IMG/VR virus record: IMGVR_UViG_3300048834_000156 | Coordinates: 1-52,781 of that record | From: a virus | Taxonomy: Duplodnaviria; Caudoviricetes | Length of the DNA: 52,781 nt | Direction: 5' to 3' (one strand) | In this document: in pieces, positions 45,161 to 52,658 of the stretch | Layout of the letters: every line of letters begins with the position of its first letter | Position numbering within the stretch: the first letter of the stretch is position 1 | The notes under the pieces: model-generated | What the model was told of the DNA's origin: nothing | Databases searched by the model: none | Seen by the model: the letters and a program-made list of their open reading frames with translations, nothing else | Translations under genes and position numbers: made by a program

Positions 45161-45186
45161 TACCGCGGTATCGGTACCGCGGTACC
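45161..45186 (+). promoter_or_regulatory. Tandem TACCGCGGTA motifs (14-bp spacing)
   Basis: Cores at 45162 and 45176; the second lies in the perfect palindrome GGTACCGCGGTACC. Confidence 0.7.
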
Positions 45187-45213
45187 CTTGTGGTGACCGA
45201 CAGGGAGCGACCG

Positions 45214-45414
45214 ATGCCGCCCACCACCGACACCACCGCCGAGATGATCGCAGAGCACGAGATGACCGCTGCCGCGCTGCGCTGCGTGTTCGGCACAGAC
45301 GCGGACGAGATGCTCGCCCGGATCTCGTTCGCCTACAGCACCACGCTTCGCTCGTGGCGTGAGTGTGTCGATGCCGAGGTGAGCCGGGCGATCCGGCTCG
45401 GGTTCGGCCGGTGA
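45214..45414 (+). CDS. Hypothetical protein
   Basis: GGGAG RBS; 66 aa. Confidence 0.55.
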   Translation: MPPTTDTTAEMIAEHEMTAAALRCVFGTDADEMLARISFAYSTTLRSWRECVDAEVSRAIRLGFGR

Positions 45415-45602
45415 GCTGCCCGCGCATGCGGTCGCTTGATCGAGCGATGCGCTCGCCAGAGCCGCGCCCGTTCACTGAACAGATCGGGCTCTTAGTCGAG
45501 TCAGCGAACCACCTCGCGATGCACGGCTGGCGGTTCCCGCATGTCACCACCCCGGCGCGGGTGCGTGCCATGCTCACCACCGAGCTACGTCACCCGACGT
45601 AG
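45411..45602 (+). CDS. Hypothetical protein
   Basis: GTGA coupling. Confidence 0.4.
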   Translation: MSCPRMRSLDRAMRSPEPRPFTEQIGLLVESANHLAMHGWRFPHVTTPARVRAMLTTELRHPT

Positions 45603-45622
45603 GCACACAGGAGGAACCACGC

Positions 45623-45871
45623 ATGGCAGGACAGCTCTCTCTCGCAGCAGCGAAGGTGATCGGCCCTGACGGCGAGGTCGTCAGCCCTCGGGCTCAGGTG
45701 CTGGTTCGAGGGAACGTGCTCACCATGCGGTACGAGGGCCGGACCGAGACGCTCGACGGCGTGCAGTCCGTGCGCCAGCCGCGCCGCGGCGAGTTCGTGG
45801 TCCGGTTCCCTGACGCCACCGAGTACGTCGTTACCCGCATCGGCAGGAAGTGCGGTTCGTGCAGAGCGTGA
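45623..45871 (+). CDS. Hypothetical protein with C-terminal CGSC
   Basis: AGGAGG RBS; 82 aa. Confidence 0.7.
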   Translation: MAGQLSLAAAKVIGPDGEVVSPRAQVLVRGNVLTMRYEGRTETLDGVQSVRQPRRGEFVVRFPDATEYVVTRIGRKCGSCRA

Positions 45872-46221
45872 CCGGCCCGGCTGCTGCGCTGGTCGTGGAC
45901 GGGCTCGCCGTCGCCCGGCTCACACGGCTGGTCGTGCTCGACACGATCACCGACCCGATCAGGGACCGGATCATCGAAGCGGCGTACCGGCGCAGAGACG
46001 GCGGCTTCGAGCCGCTCGATGCCCTTGAGACGTGGACTGAGCGGGCGGTGGACGACAACGACCCGCCGAAGCTCGCCACACTGGTGACCTGCACATGGTG
46101 CACCGGTGTGTGGGTCGCTGCCGGTGCGGTGGTGGCGTCTCGGGTAGCTCCACGAGCGTGGCGCACGGTGGCCACCACTGCTGCGCTCGCATGGTGTGGC
46201 GGTCGGCTCGCTGAGCCATGA
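45868..46221 (+). CDS. DUF1360-like membrane protein
   Basis: 'RLTRLVVLDTI...LVTCTWCTGVWV'; commonly upstream of portal in actinophages. Confidence 0.75.
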   Translation: MTGPAAALVVDGLAVARLTRLVVLDTITDPIRDRIIEAAYRRRDGGFEPLDALETWTERAVDDNDPPKLATLVTCTWCTGVWVAAGAVVASRVAPRAWRTVATTAALAWCGGRLAEP

Positions 46222-46544
46222 CCGACGACGAGCTGCCCGAGCCGATGACGTCGGTCGAGTGCAAGCGGATCGTCCACGGCTCATGCCACCGCAAACAGCA
46301 GTACGACAACCTGAACCGGGCTGAGCGGGCCGCGGCGAAGCTGCGTACAGCCTCGCACCTCGTGGCCGGGTACCGGTGCCCGTTCGCTGGGCCCGCGGGT
46401 GACCCGCCGCACTGGCACGTTGGCAGACCACCGAGCGTGGAGACGGTCGAGCGCATCGCTCTGGCGATCAGGTGGCTCCACGATCACCCGGAGGACGCTG
46501 CACGCGGACCCTATGCTCTCGGGGATGCCACGCAGACAGGGTGA
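46218..46544 (+). CDS. Hypothetical protein (YRCP..WHVG motif)
   Basis: C..K..Y....A..AA...YRCP...HWHVG. Confidence 0.6.
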   Translation: MTDDELPEPMTSVECKRIVHGSCHRKQQYDNLNRAERAAAKLRTASHLVAGYRCPFAGPAGDPPHWHVGRPPSVETVERIALAIRWLHDHPEDAARGPYALGDATQTG

Positions 46545-48933
46545 CGAGAAGCCGAACGCCACGATCACAGCAGCCGCGACGCGGCTCAGGGTCAAAGACC
46601 CGGTGAAGGCCAGGAAGGATCTCGGCACGCGCCCTGAATGGCAGGACGAAGCGTGGAGCTACTACGACGCCGTACCGGAGGTGAAGCACTCCGTTCGGTT
46701 CACCGGGTCGGCCATGTCCAAGGTGCGGTTGCTGATCGCTCGCACGCCGCTCGAAGGTGAAGGCGCTGCACCTGTCCCTGTCACGCTCAACGGCGACACG
46801 CCAGCGACCGAGGTGGAACGAGCTGCTCTCGCCGAGCTGGACCGGCTCGGACTCTCGAACCGTGGCGGTGACCTGCTCCGCGAAGCGACCATGAACCTGG
46901 ACGTCGCCGGTGAGTGGTTCCTTGTCGGGTTCGACGAGGTTGGCAGCCCTGGCGACGAGGGCTACAAGCCAGAGACGTGGGAGGTGCACTCCGTCTCTGA
47001 GGTCTCATCGACCGCTGAGGGCACGTTCGTCTCAGACGGTCCGAACGACCTGAACAAGCGGAAGCTCACCGAGAACGACACATGCATCCGCATGTACCAG
47101 AAGCACCCGCGGTGGTCAGGGCTCGCGGACTCCGCTCTCGCTGGCGTGCTCGGCGAGTGCGCCGCCCTGGTGGCTCTGCACCACCAGCTCATGTCAGAGA
47201 CCCGCGCCCGGCACAACGCCGGTCTGTTCACGGTCCCGAACGAGCTGGACTTCGTAGGGCAGCGCACCGACGCCGCCGAAGACGAGGACGACGACAGCGA
47301 CCCGCTCGCCGAGGAGATCGAAGCGACGTTCTCTGAGCCGCGGGACAACAGCGACCACCCGAACGCCACCGCTCCCACGATCCTGCGCGGCCCGGCCGAG
47401 TTCCTCACACCGGAGTACGTGCGGTGGGTGGACACCGGGCGGCGCGCATCGACCGACCTAGAGAACCGGATCGAGGGCCGGGTGAAGCGGCTCGCTCGTG
47501 GGCTGGACGTCCCCGTCGAGGTCACGATGGGCTTGCAGTCCACGACCTACGCCAACGCTGAGCAGGTCGATCAGAACACGTGGGACGACTACCTCGAACC
47601 GCGGGCGGTCGTGATCTGCCAGGCGTGGACCATCGGGTTCCTGTGGCCGAACCTGCTTGACCTCGGGCTCCCGTGGGAGGCCGTGCGGAACGTCTTCGTC
47701 TGGTTCGATCCGTCCGACCTGCTGCCAGAGAAGGACCGGACCGCCGCCGCGGCCGAGGCTCTGGCGGTAGGTGCGATCGGGCTCCCGACGTACCGTGACG
47801 TCATCGGGTTCGGTGAGGAAGACGCGCCCGCGCCCGTCAGCGGTGAGTCTGATCTCTCGATCGACCGGGCTATGGAGATCGCTCGCATGGCACAGCAGCT
47901 CTACCTGGCGGTAGGGCCGCTGCTCACCGCCGCCGAAGCGCGCGCGATCCTCAAGTCCATCGGCGCACCAATCGAGGGCGACCTACCACCCGAGCCCGCA
48001 CCCGCCACCGACGAGCCCGCCGACACGGCAGCGGTCACCGCGGCGGCTGGGATCCCGGTCGGACGCCAGCTCATGGAGATCGACCGAGACCTACGGCTAC
48101 GGCTGCTCGTGCTCGCTGACGCTCAGATGACCCGTGTGCTCGAACGAGCAGGCAACAAGCTGCGATCGAGGTCCGCCGAGTTCCGTGCCCAGCTCCGACA
48201 CGTACAGCCGCGGCTCGCCGCTGCCACGCTCGGCAGGGAGGCGGTCACCGCTGCGATCTCCGAGGACGAGCTGCTCGATGCTGCGTTCGAGACCATGCGC
48301 GGCTCGTTCTTGGCGTGGGGTCAGACCGCGCAGCGTGAGGCGCTCGAACTGACCGGCCAGGTGGTTGGCGGGTTCTCGCTCGATGAGCGTGACGCGCTGC
48401 TGCTCCGACAGGCGCAGGATCTCGATGAGGCGTGGTTGTGGCTGAGCGACACGCTGCGCTCGCTGGCGTCGGCCCGGCTGTATGACCCGCTCGCCGGGCT
48501 CGACGGCGTGGGCGAGATGGCCGAAGGGCTCTCGATCCCGCCCGGCATGATCCGCGAGGCGATCGCACGAGCTGGCGGCGCGGCGGGGATCGAGACGCTC
48601 GGCACGAACGCGTGGGTGACCGTCGCTGACGCCGGTACCCGCCCGGTCGGTGGCATCGGCACGGGAGATCTAGTGCGAGGTGTGCTGCGGGACCACGGTG
48701 CGTCGATCGAGTCGTACCGCTGGGTCTACGGCCCGGCCGCGCGCTCGGCACCGTTCGAGCCGCACCGCAACCTGAACGGGAAGACGTTCGAGACGTTCGA
48801 CTCACCGGTGCTCAGGAACAGCTCAGGGTTCCCGCCGTTCGAGTTCTACATGCCCGGCGACCACAAGGGCTGCCTGTGCGACATAGAGCCCGTCATCATC
48901 GGGCCTGACGGTGAGATCACCGAGGACTACTGA
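46525..48933 (+). CDS. Portal protein fused to MuF-like minor head domain
   Basis: 'WQDEAWSYYDAVPEV', 'AGLFTVPNEL', 'RLARGLDVPVEV', 'WFDPSDL'; C-terminal 'YRWVYG..PH..LNG..PGDHKGCLCD'; start reassigned to ATG 46525. Confidence 0.85.
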   Translation: MPRRQGDEKPNATITAAATRLRVKDPVKARKDLGTRPEWQDEAWSYYDAVPEVKHSVRFTGSAMSKVRLLIARTPLEGEGAAPVPVTLNGDTPATEVERAALAELDRLGLSNRGGDLLREATMNLDVAGEWFLVGFDEVGSPGDEGYKPETWEVHSVSEVSSTAEGTFVSDGPNDLNKRKLTENDTCIRMYQKHPRWSGLADSALAGVLGECAALVALHHQLMSETRARHNAGLFTVPNELDFVGQRTDAAEDEDDDSDPLAEEIEATFSEPRDNSDHPNATAPTILRGPAEFLTPEYVRWVDTGRRASTDLENRIEGRVKRLARGLDVPVEVTMGLQSTTYANAEQVDQNTWDDYLEPRAVVICQAWTIGFLWPNLLDLGLPWEAVRNVFVWFDPSDLLPEKDRTAAAAEALAVGAIGLPTYRDVIGFGEEDAPAPVSGESDLSIDRAMEIARMAQQLYLAVGPLLTAAEARAILKSIGAPIEGDLPPEPAPATDEPADTAAVTAAAGIPVGRQLMEIDRDLRLRLLVLADAQMTRVLERAGNKLRSRSAEFRAQLRHVQPRLAAATLGREAVTAAISEDELLDAAFETMRGSFLAWGQTAQREALELTGQVVGGFSLDERDALLLRQAQDLDEAWLWLSDTLRSLASARLYDPLAGLDGVGEMAEGLSIPPGMIREAIARAGGAAGIETLGTNAWVTVADAGTRPVGGIGTGDLVRGVLRDHGASIESYRWVYGPAARSAPFEPHRNLNGKTFETFDSPVLRNSSGFPPFEFYMPGDHKGCLCDIEPVIIGPDGEITEDY

Positions 48934-48956
48934 CCGGCCGTGGGAGGCTAGAGACC

Positions 48957-50465
48957 ATGTTCACCATCCAGCAGAACGGCGACCAGTGGGAGGTGCGGCG
49001 CGGTGACGCGGTGCTCTCCACGCACAGCCGCTACGACGCGGCATTGGCGGCGATCGCCGAGCAGCTCGCCACGCTCACCGGCGCAGAGTCAGACGGCACG
49101 CTGCCGGAGCGGTGGCACTCCACCACCGGCATCGCGTTCAACGAGCAGCCCGACCCCGAGCGCGACTTCACCGAGTGCGAGTGGTCGTTCCGTGATCCTG
49201 CGGTGTACCGGCTGCCGCTCATGCTGCAAACCACCACAGAGATGGGCCACTTCGGTGCGGTGCTCGCCGGGTTCATGGACACGGTTAGCGCAGACGGCAC
49301 GCCGACCGGCTCGGGCGGGTTCTACGACACCGACGCCGGTCGGCAGTTCCGAGACCTGCTGCGCTCGGGTCGGTTCGGTGTGTCGGTTGACCCCGGAGAC
49401 CTTGACGTCGAGTGGGTGTGCGTCGAGATGGATGACGACGGATGGTGCGACGAAGGCAAGCTCGTGTTCCGTGCGTACCAGATCATCGGCCTGACCGGTA
49501 CGCCGTTCCCTGCGTTCGCCAACGCCACGATTGAGCTAGAAGGCGCGGCGACCCAACCTGACGCCGGAGACGACGACGAGGGCAGCGACGACGAGACCGA
49601 GACCGAGGCTGTGACCGCTGCGGCGACGCTCGCCCGGCCAGCGGTGGCCGACGTGACCGCCCGGTTCCCGATCCGCCCGCCCGCCGAGTGGCTCACCGAG
49701 CCCGAGCCCGAGCTGGGAGACCCGAGGCTCGTCGAGCAGCCGGACGGGTCGCTCGCATGCCCGCTCTACATCGGCGACGACGGCCAGGTGTACGGGCACC
49801 TGGCCAGGGTCGATCAGTGCCACATCGGGTACCCCGGTGAGTGCGTCACGCCACCGCTCGACGTCGGCGGGTTCGCTCTCGGCGTCACGGTCTGCGAGAA
49901 CGGCGAGCAGATCCCGACGGGACCGCTGATCGTCGGGTCAGACCACCCGGCCCGGTCCATGTCCGCACCCGAGGCGCTCGACTGCTACGCACACACCGGG
50001 CTCGCATGGGCCGACGTCGCCGCCACCGCTGGCACGTTCGGCACGTGGGTCGCCGGTGCGCTCCGACCGAGCGTCACCGATGAGATGCTGCGCGTGCTGC
50101 GCGGCTCGGCGCTCTCTGGCGACTGGCGTGAGCTGGACGAGATGCCCGGCTACCTGTCGCTCATCGCCACGCTCGCGGTCAGCACGCCAGGGTTCCCGAT
50201 CAGGCGCGCGCTCGTCGCGTCGGCTGGCATCGAGATCGGCGAGCAGCGGTTCGGTGTGCTCGTGCGGAACGGCCGGGTCGTCGCCGCCTCTGGTGCCGCC
50301 GTGGTGGCGTCGTGCTCGACGTGCGGCGGCAAGTCCAAGATCTCTGCACCGGACACGGCTGCGGACCTCGCTGCGATCCGGCACAGCCTCGCCGTGCTCG
50401 AACGCCGCACCCGCCACCTGACCGCCCCAGCGGCGGCGGCGCTGGCCGCGTCGATCCGCGGCTGA
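48957..50465 (+). CDS. Capsid maturation protease
   Basis: 'LPLMLQ..GHFGAV', 'GVSVD', 'PFPAFANA' protease domain; second domain 'VYGHLA..CHIG..GTWVAG..LSGDWR'; between portal and capsid. Confidence 0.8.
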   Translation: MFTIQQNGDQWEVRRGDAVLSTHSRYDAALAAIAEQLATLTGAESDGTLPERWHSTTGIAFNEQPDPERDFTECEWSFRDPAVYRLPLMLQTTTEMGHFGAVLAGFMDTVSADGTPTGSGGFYDTDAGRQFRDLLRSGRFGVSVDPGDLDVEWVCVEMDDDGWCDEGKLVFRAYQIIGLTGTPFPAFANATIELEGAATQPDAGDDDEGSDDETETEAVTAAATLARPAVADVTARFPIRPPAEWLTEPEPELGDPRLVEQPDGSLACPLYIGDDGQVYGHLARVDQCHIGYPGECVTPPLDVGGFALGVTVCENGEQIPTGPLIVGSDHPARSMSAPEALDCYAHTGLAWADVAATAGTFGTWVAGALRPSVTDEMLRVLRGSALSGDWRELDEMPGYLSLIATLAVSTPGFPIRRALVASAGIEIGEQRFGVLVRNGRVVAASGAAVVASCSTCGGKSKISAPDTAADLAAIRHSLAVLERRTRHLTAPAAAALAASIRG

Positions 50466-50478
50466 TACCTTCACGGCC

Positions 50479-50672
50479 AGGTCACCCAGGACACCGAGAA
50501 CCGGAACCACGTGGCCACGACGGTGGCCACGCCGGTCAGACAGCGAGGGTGAACTACCGGGCGCAGTGTCCAGCCTGGTAGAGCCGCCCACGATGGGATC
50601 ACCGCACCTGGATCGTGGGAGCAGCCCTAAGCGAAAGCGGTAGAGAGCACCGGCCGACGGGCCGGTGCTCTC
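50479..50672 (+). ncRNA. Candidate structured ncRNA with pseudoknot(s)
   Basis: -10-like TACCTT (50466-71), four stems, GGACAC/GTGTCC loop complementarity, 13-bp terminal hairpin; no credible ORF. Confidence 0.6.
50643..50672 (+). terminator. 13-bp hairpin
   Basis: GAGAGCACCGGCC-GACG-GGCCGGTGCTCTC. Confidence 0.75.
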
Positions 50673-50726
50673 GCGTTGTGCGCGCGTCGGGTGCGCGCGC
50701 ATGCGCGCTGTCCCTCGTGTCGTGTG

Positions 50727-50849
50727 CCTATGCTCTGACCCGAGCAGGTCCACACGTAGTGCGGACGTCTGGCCACCGGCTGCCAAGCAGCGGTGCCCGT
50801 GTTGGCTCCACGCACCACCACCACACCAACACGGTAAGGACCACATCTC
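50727..50849 (+). promoter_or_regulatory. Capsid promoter (CC-TATGCT) and structured 5' leader
   Basis: TATGCT 50729-34; hairpins at 50748-66, 50774-95 and 50797-834; TAAGGA SD 50835-40. Confidence 0.55.
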
Positions 50850-52607
50850 ATGGACGAGATTCTCGAACTGCTCGCACGCTGGAACGAACTGACCGACGAG
50901 GAGCGCGGCACGCTCACCGCGCTGATCCTCGCTGAGGACGCGCTCGCCGAGATCGACGACCTCGGCCCGCTGCTCGATGAGCTGCGCGCCACCGCCGAAG
51001 CGATCATCGAAGGCGAGGTGGACGACACCGGCCTTGCCGCGCTGGAGTTCCTCGCCGCCGCCGTGAACACCGTCTCGACCGAGATCGAGACCCGCGAGAC
51101 CGCCGACAGCGCTCGCGCTGAGCAGGCCCAGGCGCTCGCCGAGCAGATCCGCGGCAGCTCCACCGAGGGCGGTGACGACGACGATCCCGGCGAGGGCGGC
51201 GACACCGGCGACGACGGCGACGACGAGGGCGACGAGGGCGACGAGCCGGAGACCGTCGAGACCGACGAGCCCGAGGCCGTCGAGCAGCCCGAGCCGGTTG
51301 CTGCCAGCGGCACCCCGCGGGTTTCCCGTGTGGCCGCACGCCGCCCGCGAGCGGCGCAGCCTCGCCAGACCCAGACCGCCCGCGTGGCTCCGCTCGTCGC
51401 CTCGGCCGGTGTGCCCGGCGTCGCGATGGGTGCACGCCTCACCGACCCCGAGCGGTTCGGTCAGGCGCTCATGTCCACGCTCCGTGCGATGGGCTCGATG
51501 GCTCTCCGGCCCGGCATGCAGGTTCCGGTGGCCACCGCCTCGGTCGAGTACCCCGACGCTGGTTTCCTGGACAGCAACGTTCGGGGCAACAGCGCGAAGC
51601 TCGAAGCGGCGCAGGCCCTCGCCATCACCGCATCCGGTGGCATCTGCGCACCGCCGCAGCCGAGCTACGTGCTCGACTCGTGGAGCGTCGAGGATCGGCC
51701 GTTCCGTGCGTCGCTCCCCAACTGGGGTCTCGACCGTGGCGGCGCTCTGATCCCCGGTCCGATGCTGCTCGAAGATCTCGACGGGGCCGCTCAGACATGG
51801 ACCCTCGCCGACGACGAGGACGCGGCCACCGACCCCGACGTCCGTAAGACGTGCCTCCGCATGGACTGCGGCGACGACTTCACCGCCGTACCCGAAGCGG
51901 TGGTCCAGTGCCTGGAGATCGGCAACTGGAACGCACGCACCTGGCCGGAGCGGGTCGCCCGGTTCCAGCAGCTCGCCGACGCATGGACCAGCCGCTACGC
52001 CGAACAGAAGCTGCTCACCAAGGTCGGCGCGGAGTCCACCGCGGTGACCGTGCCCGGCAACCTCGGCACCGCTCGGGACATCCTCGCCGCGCTGGACCTG
52101 GCCATCGCCGCCATCCGCAACCGGCACCGCATGTCCCTCAGCACCCGGTTCGTGTTCGCAACCCAGGCGTTCCTGCTGAACCAGATCCGCTCGGACCTCA
52201 CCCGTGAGATGCCCGGCTCTGCTGCTGAGCGTCTCGCCGCCGCCGACGCGGAGATCGAAGCGTTCTTCACCGCTCGCAACGTGCGGCCCGTGTGGCTGCT
52301 GGACGGCGAGGTCGGCCAGCAGTTCGGCCCGCAGGCCGACGGCCCGCTGCTCGGCTGGATTCCGAACATGGTCGCGTACCTCTACCCCGAGAACACCTGG
52401 CAGTACGGCAACGGTGGCGAGCTGAACCTCGGTCTCGTCCGAGACAGCGACCTCAACAGCCGCAACGACTTCCAGTTCTTCAAGGAGTTCTGGGAGACCG
52501 CGTTCATGACCGGACCCGAGAGCTACCGGCTCTCGTTCTCGGTCTGCCCGTCGGGTGCGTCGGCAGGCACGGTCGAGCCCGTCTGCGTGGACTCGCAGGC
52601 GAGCTAG
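50850..52607 (+). CDS. Major capsid hexamer protein (HK97 fold, long N-terminal scaffold region)
   Basis: Helical acidic N-terminus, 'AITASGGICAP..SY', 'RGG', 'KTCLRMDC', 'WPERV', 'LNLGLVRDS.LN..ND...F.E.WE', 'CPSG'. Confidence 0.9.
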   Translation: MDEILELLARWNELTDEERGTLTALILAEDALAEIDDLGPLLDELRATAEAIIEGEVDDTGLAALEFLAAAVNTVSTEIETRETADSARAEQAQALAEQIRGSSTEGGDDDDPGEGGDTGDDGDDEGDEGDEPETVETDEPEAVEQPEPVAASGTPRVSRVAARRPRAAQPRQTQTARVAPLVASAGVPGVAMGARLTDPERFGQALMSTLRAMGSMALRPGMQVPVATASVEYPDAGFLDSNVRGNSAKLEAAQALAITASGGICAPPQPSYVLDSWSVEDRPFRASLPNWGLDRGGALIPGPMLLEDLDGAAQTWTLADDEDAATDPDVRKTCLRMDCGDDFTAVPEAVVQCLEIGNWNARTWPERVARFQQLADAWTSRYAEQKLLTKVGAESTAVTVPGNLGTARDILAALDLAIAAIRNRHRMSLSTRFVFATQAFLLNQIRSDLTREMPGSAAERLAAADAEIEAFFTARNVRPVWLLDGEVGQQFGPQADGPLLGWIPNMVAYLYPENTWQYGNGGELNLGLVRDSDLNSRNDFQFFKEFWETAFMTGPESYRLSFSVCPSGASAGTVEPVCVDSQAS

Positions 52608-52617
52608 ACACCACAGA

Positions 52618-52658
52618 TGTGACCGGGCCCGGCATCGCGTGGTCCGGGCCCGGTCACA
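52618..52658 (+). terminator. 15-bp GC hairpin between capsid hexamer and pentamer genes
   Basis: TGTGACCGGGCCCGG-loop-CCGGGCCCGGTCACA. Confidence 0.7.

Noticed and set aside
2521-45186. CRISPR array or mini-array from the ATACCGCGGTAT repeats
   Set aside because: Copies are short, dispersed and tied to promoters; there is no regular repeat-spacer period and no cas genes.
50620-50640. Pistol ribozyme (AGCCCTAAGCG resembles its core)
   Set aside because: No upstream hairpin loop complementary to GCCCTAA and no AAAUA-type linker were found; the resemblance looks local. A cmscan would settle it.
50495-50645. c-di-AMP (ydaO) riboswitch or SRP RNA identity for the ncRNA candidate
   Set aside because: Only short fragments resemble them (GGAACCA, GGGTGAA, GGGAGCAGC); the conserved 3' core of ydaO and the SRP helix-8 symmetric loop are not recognisable.
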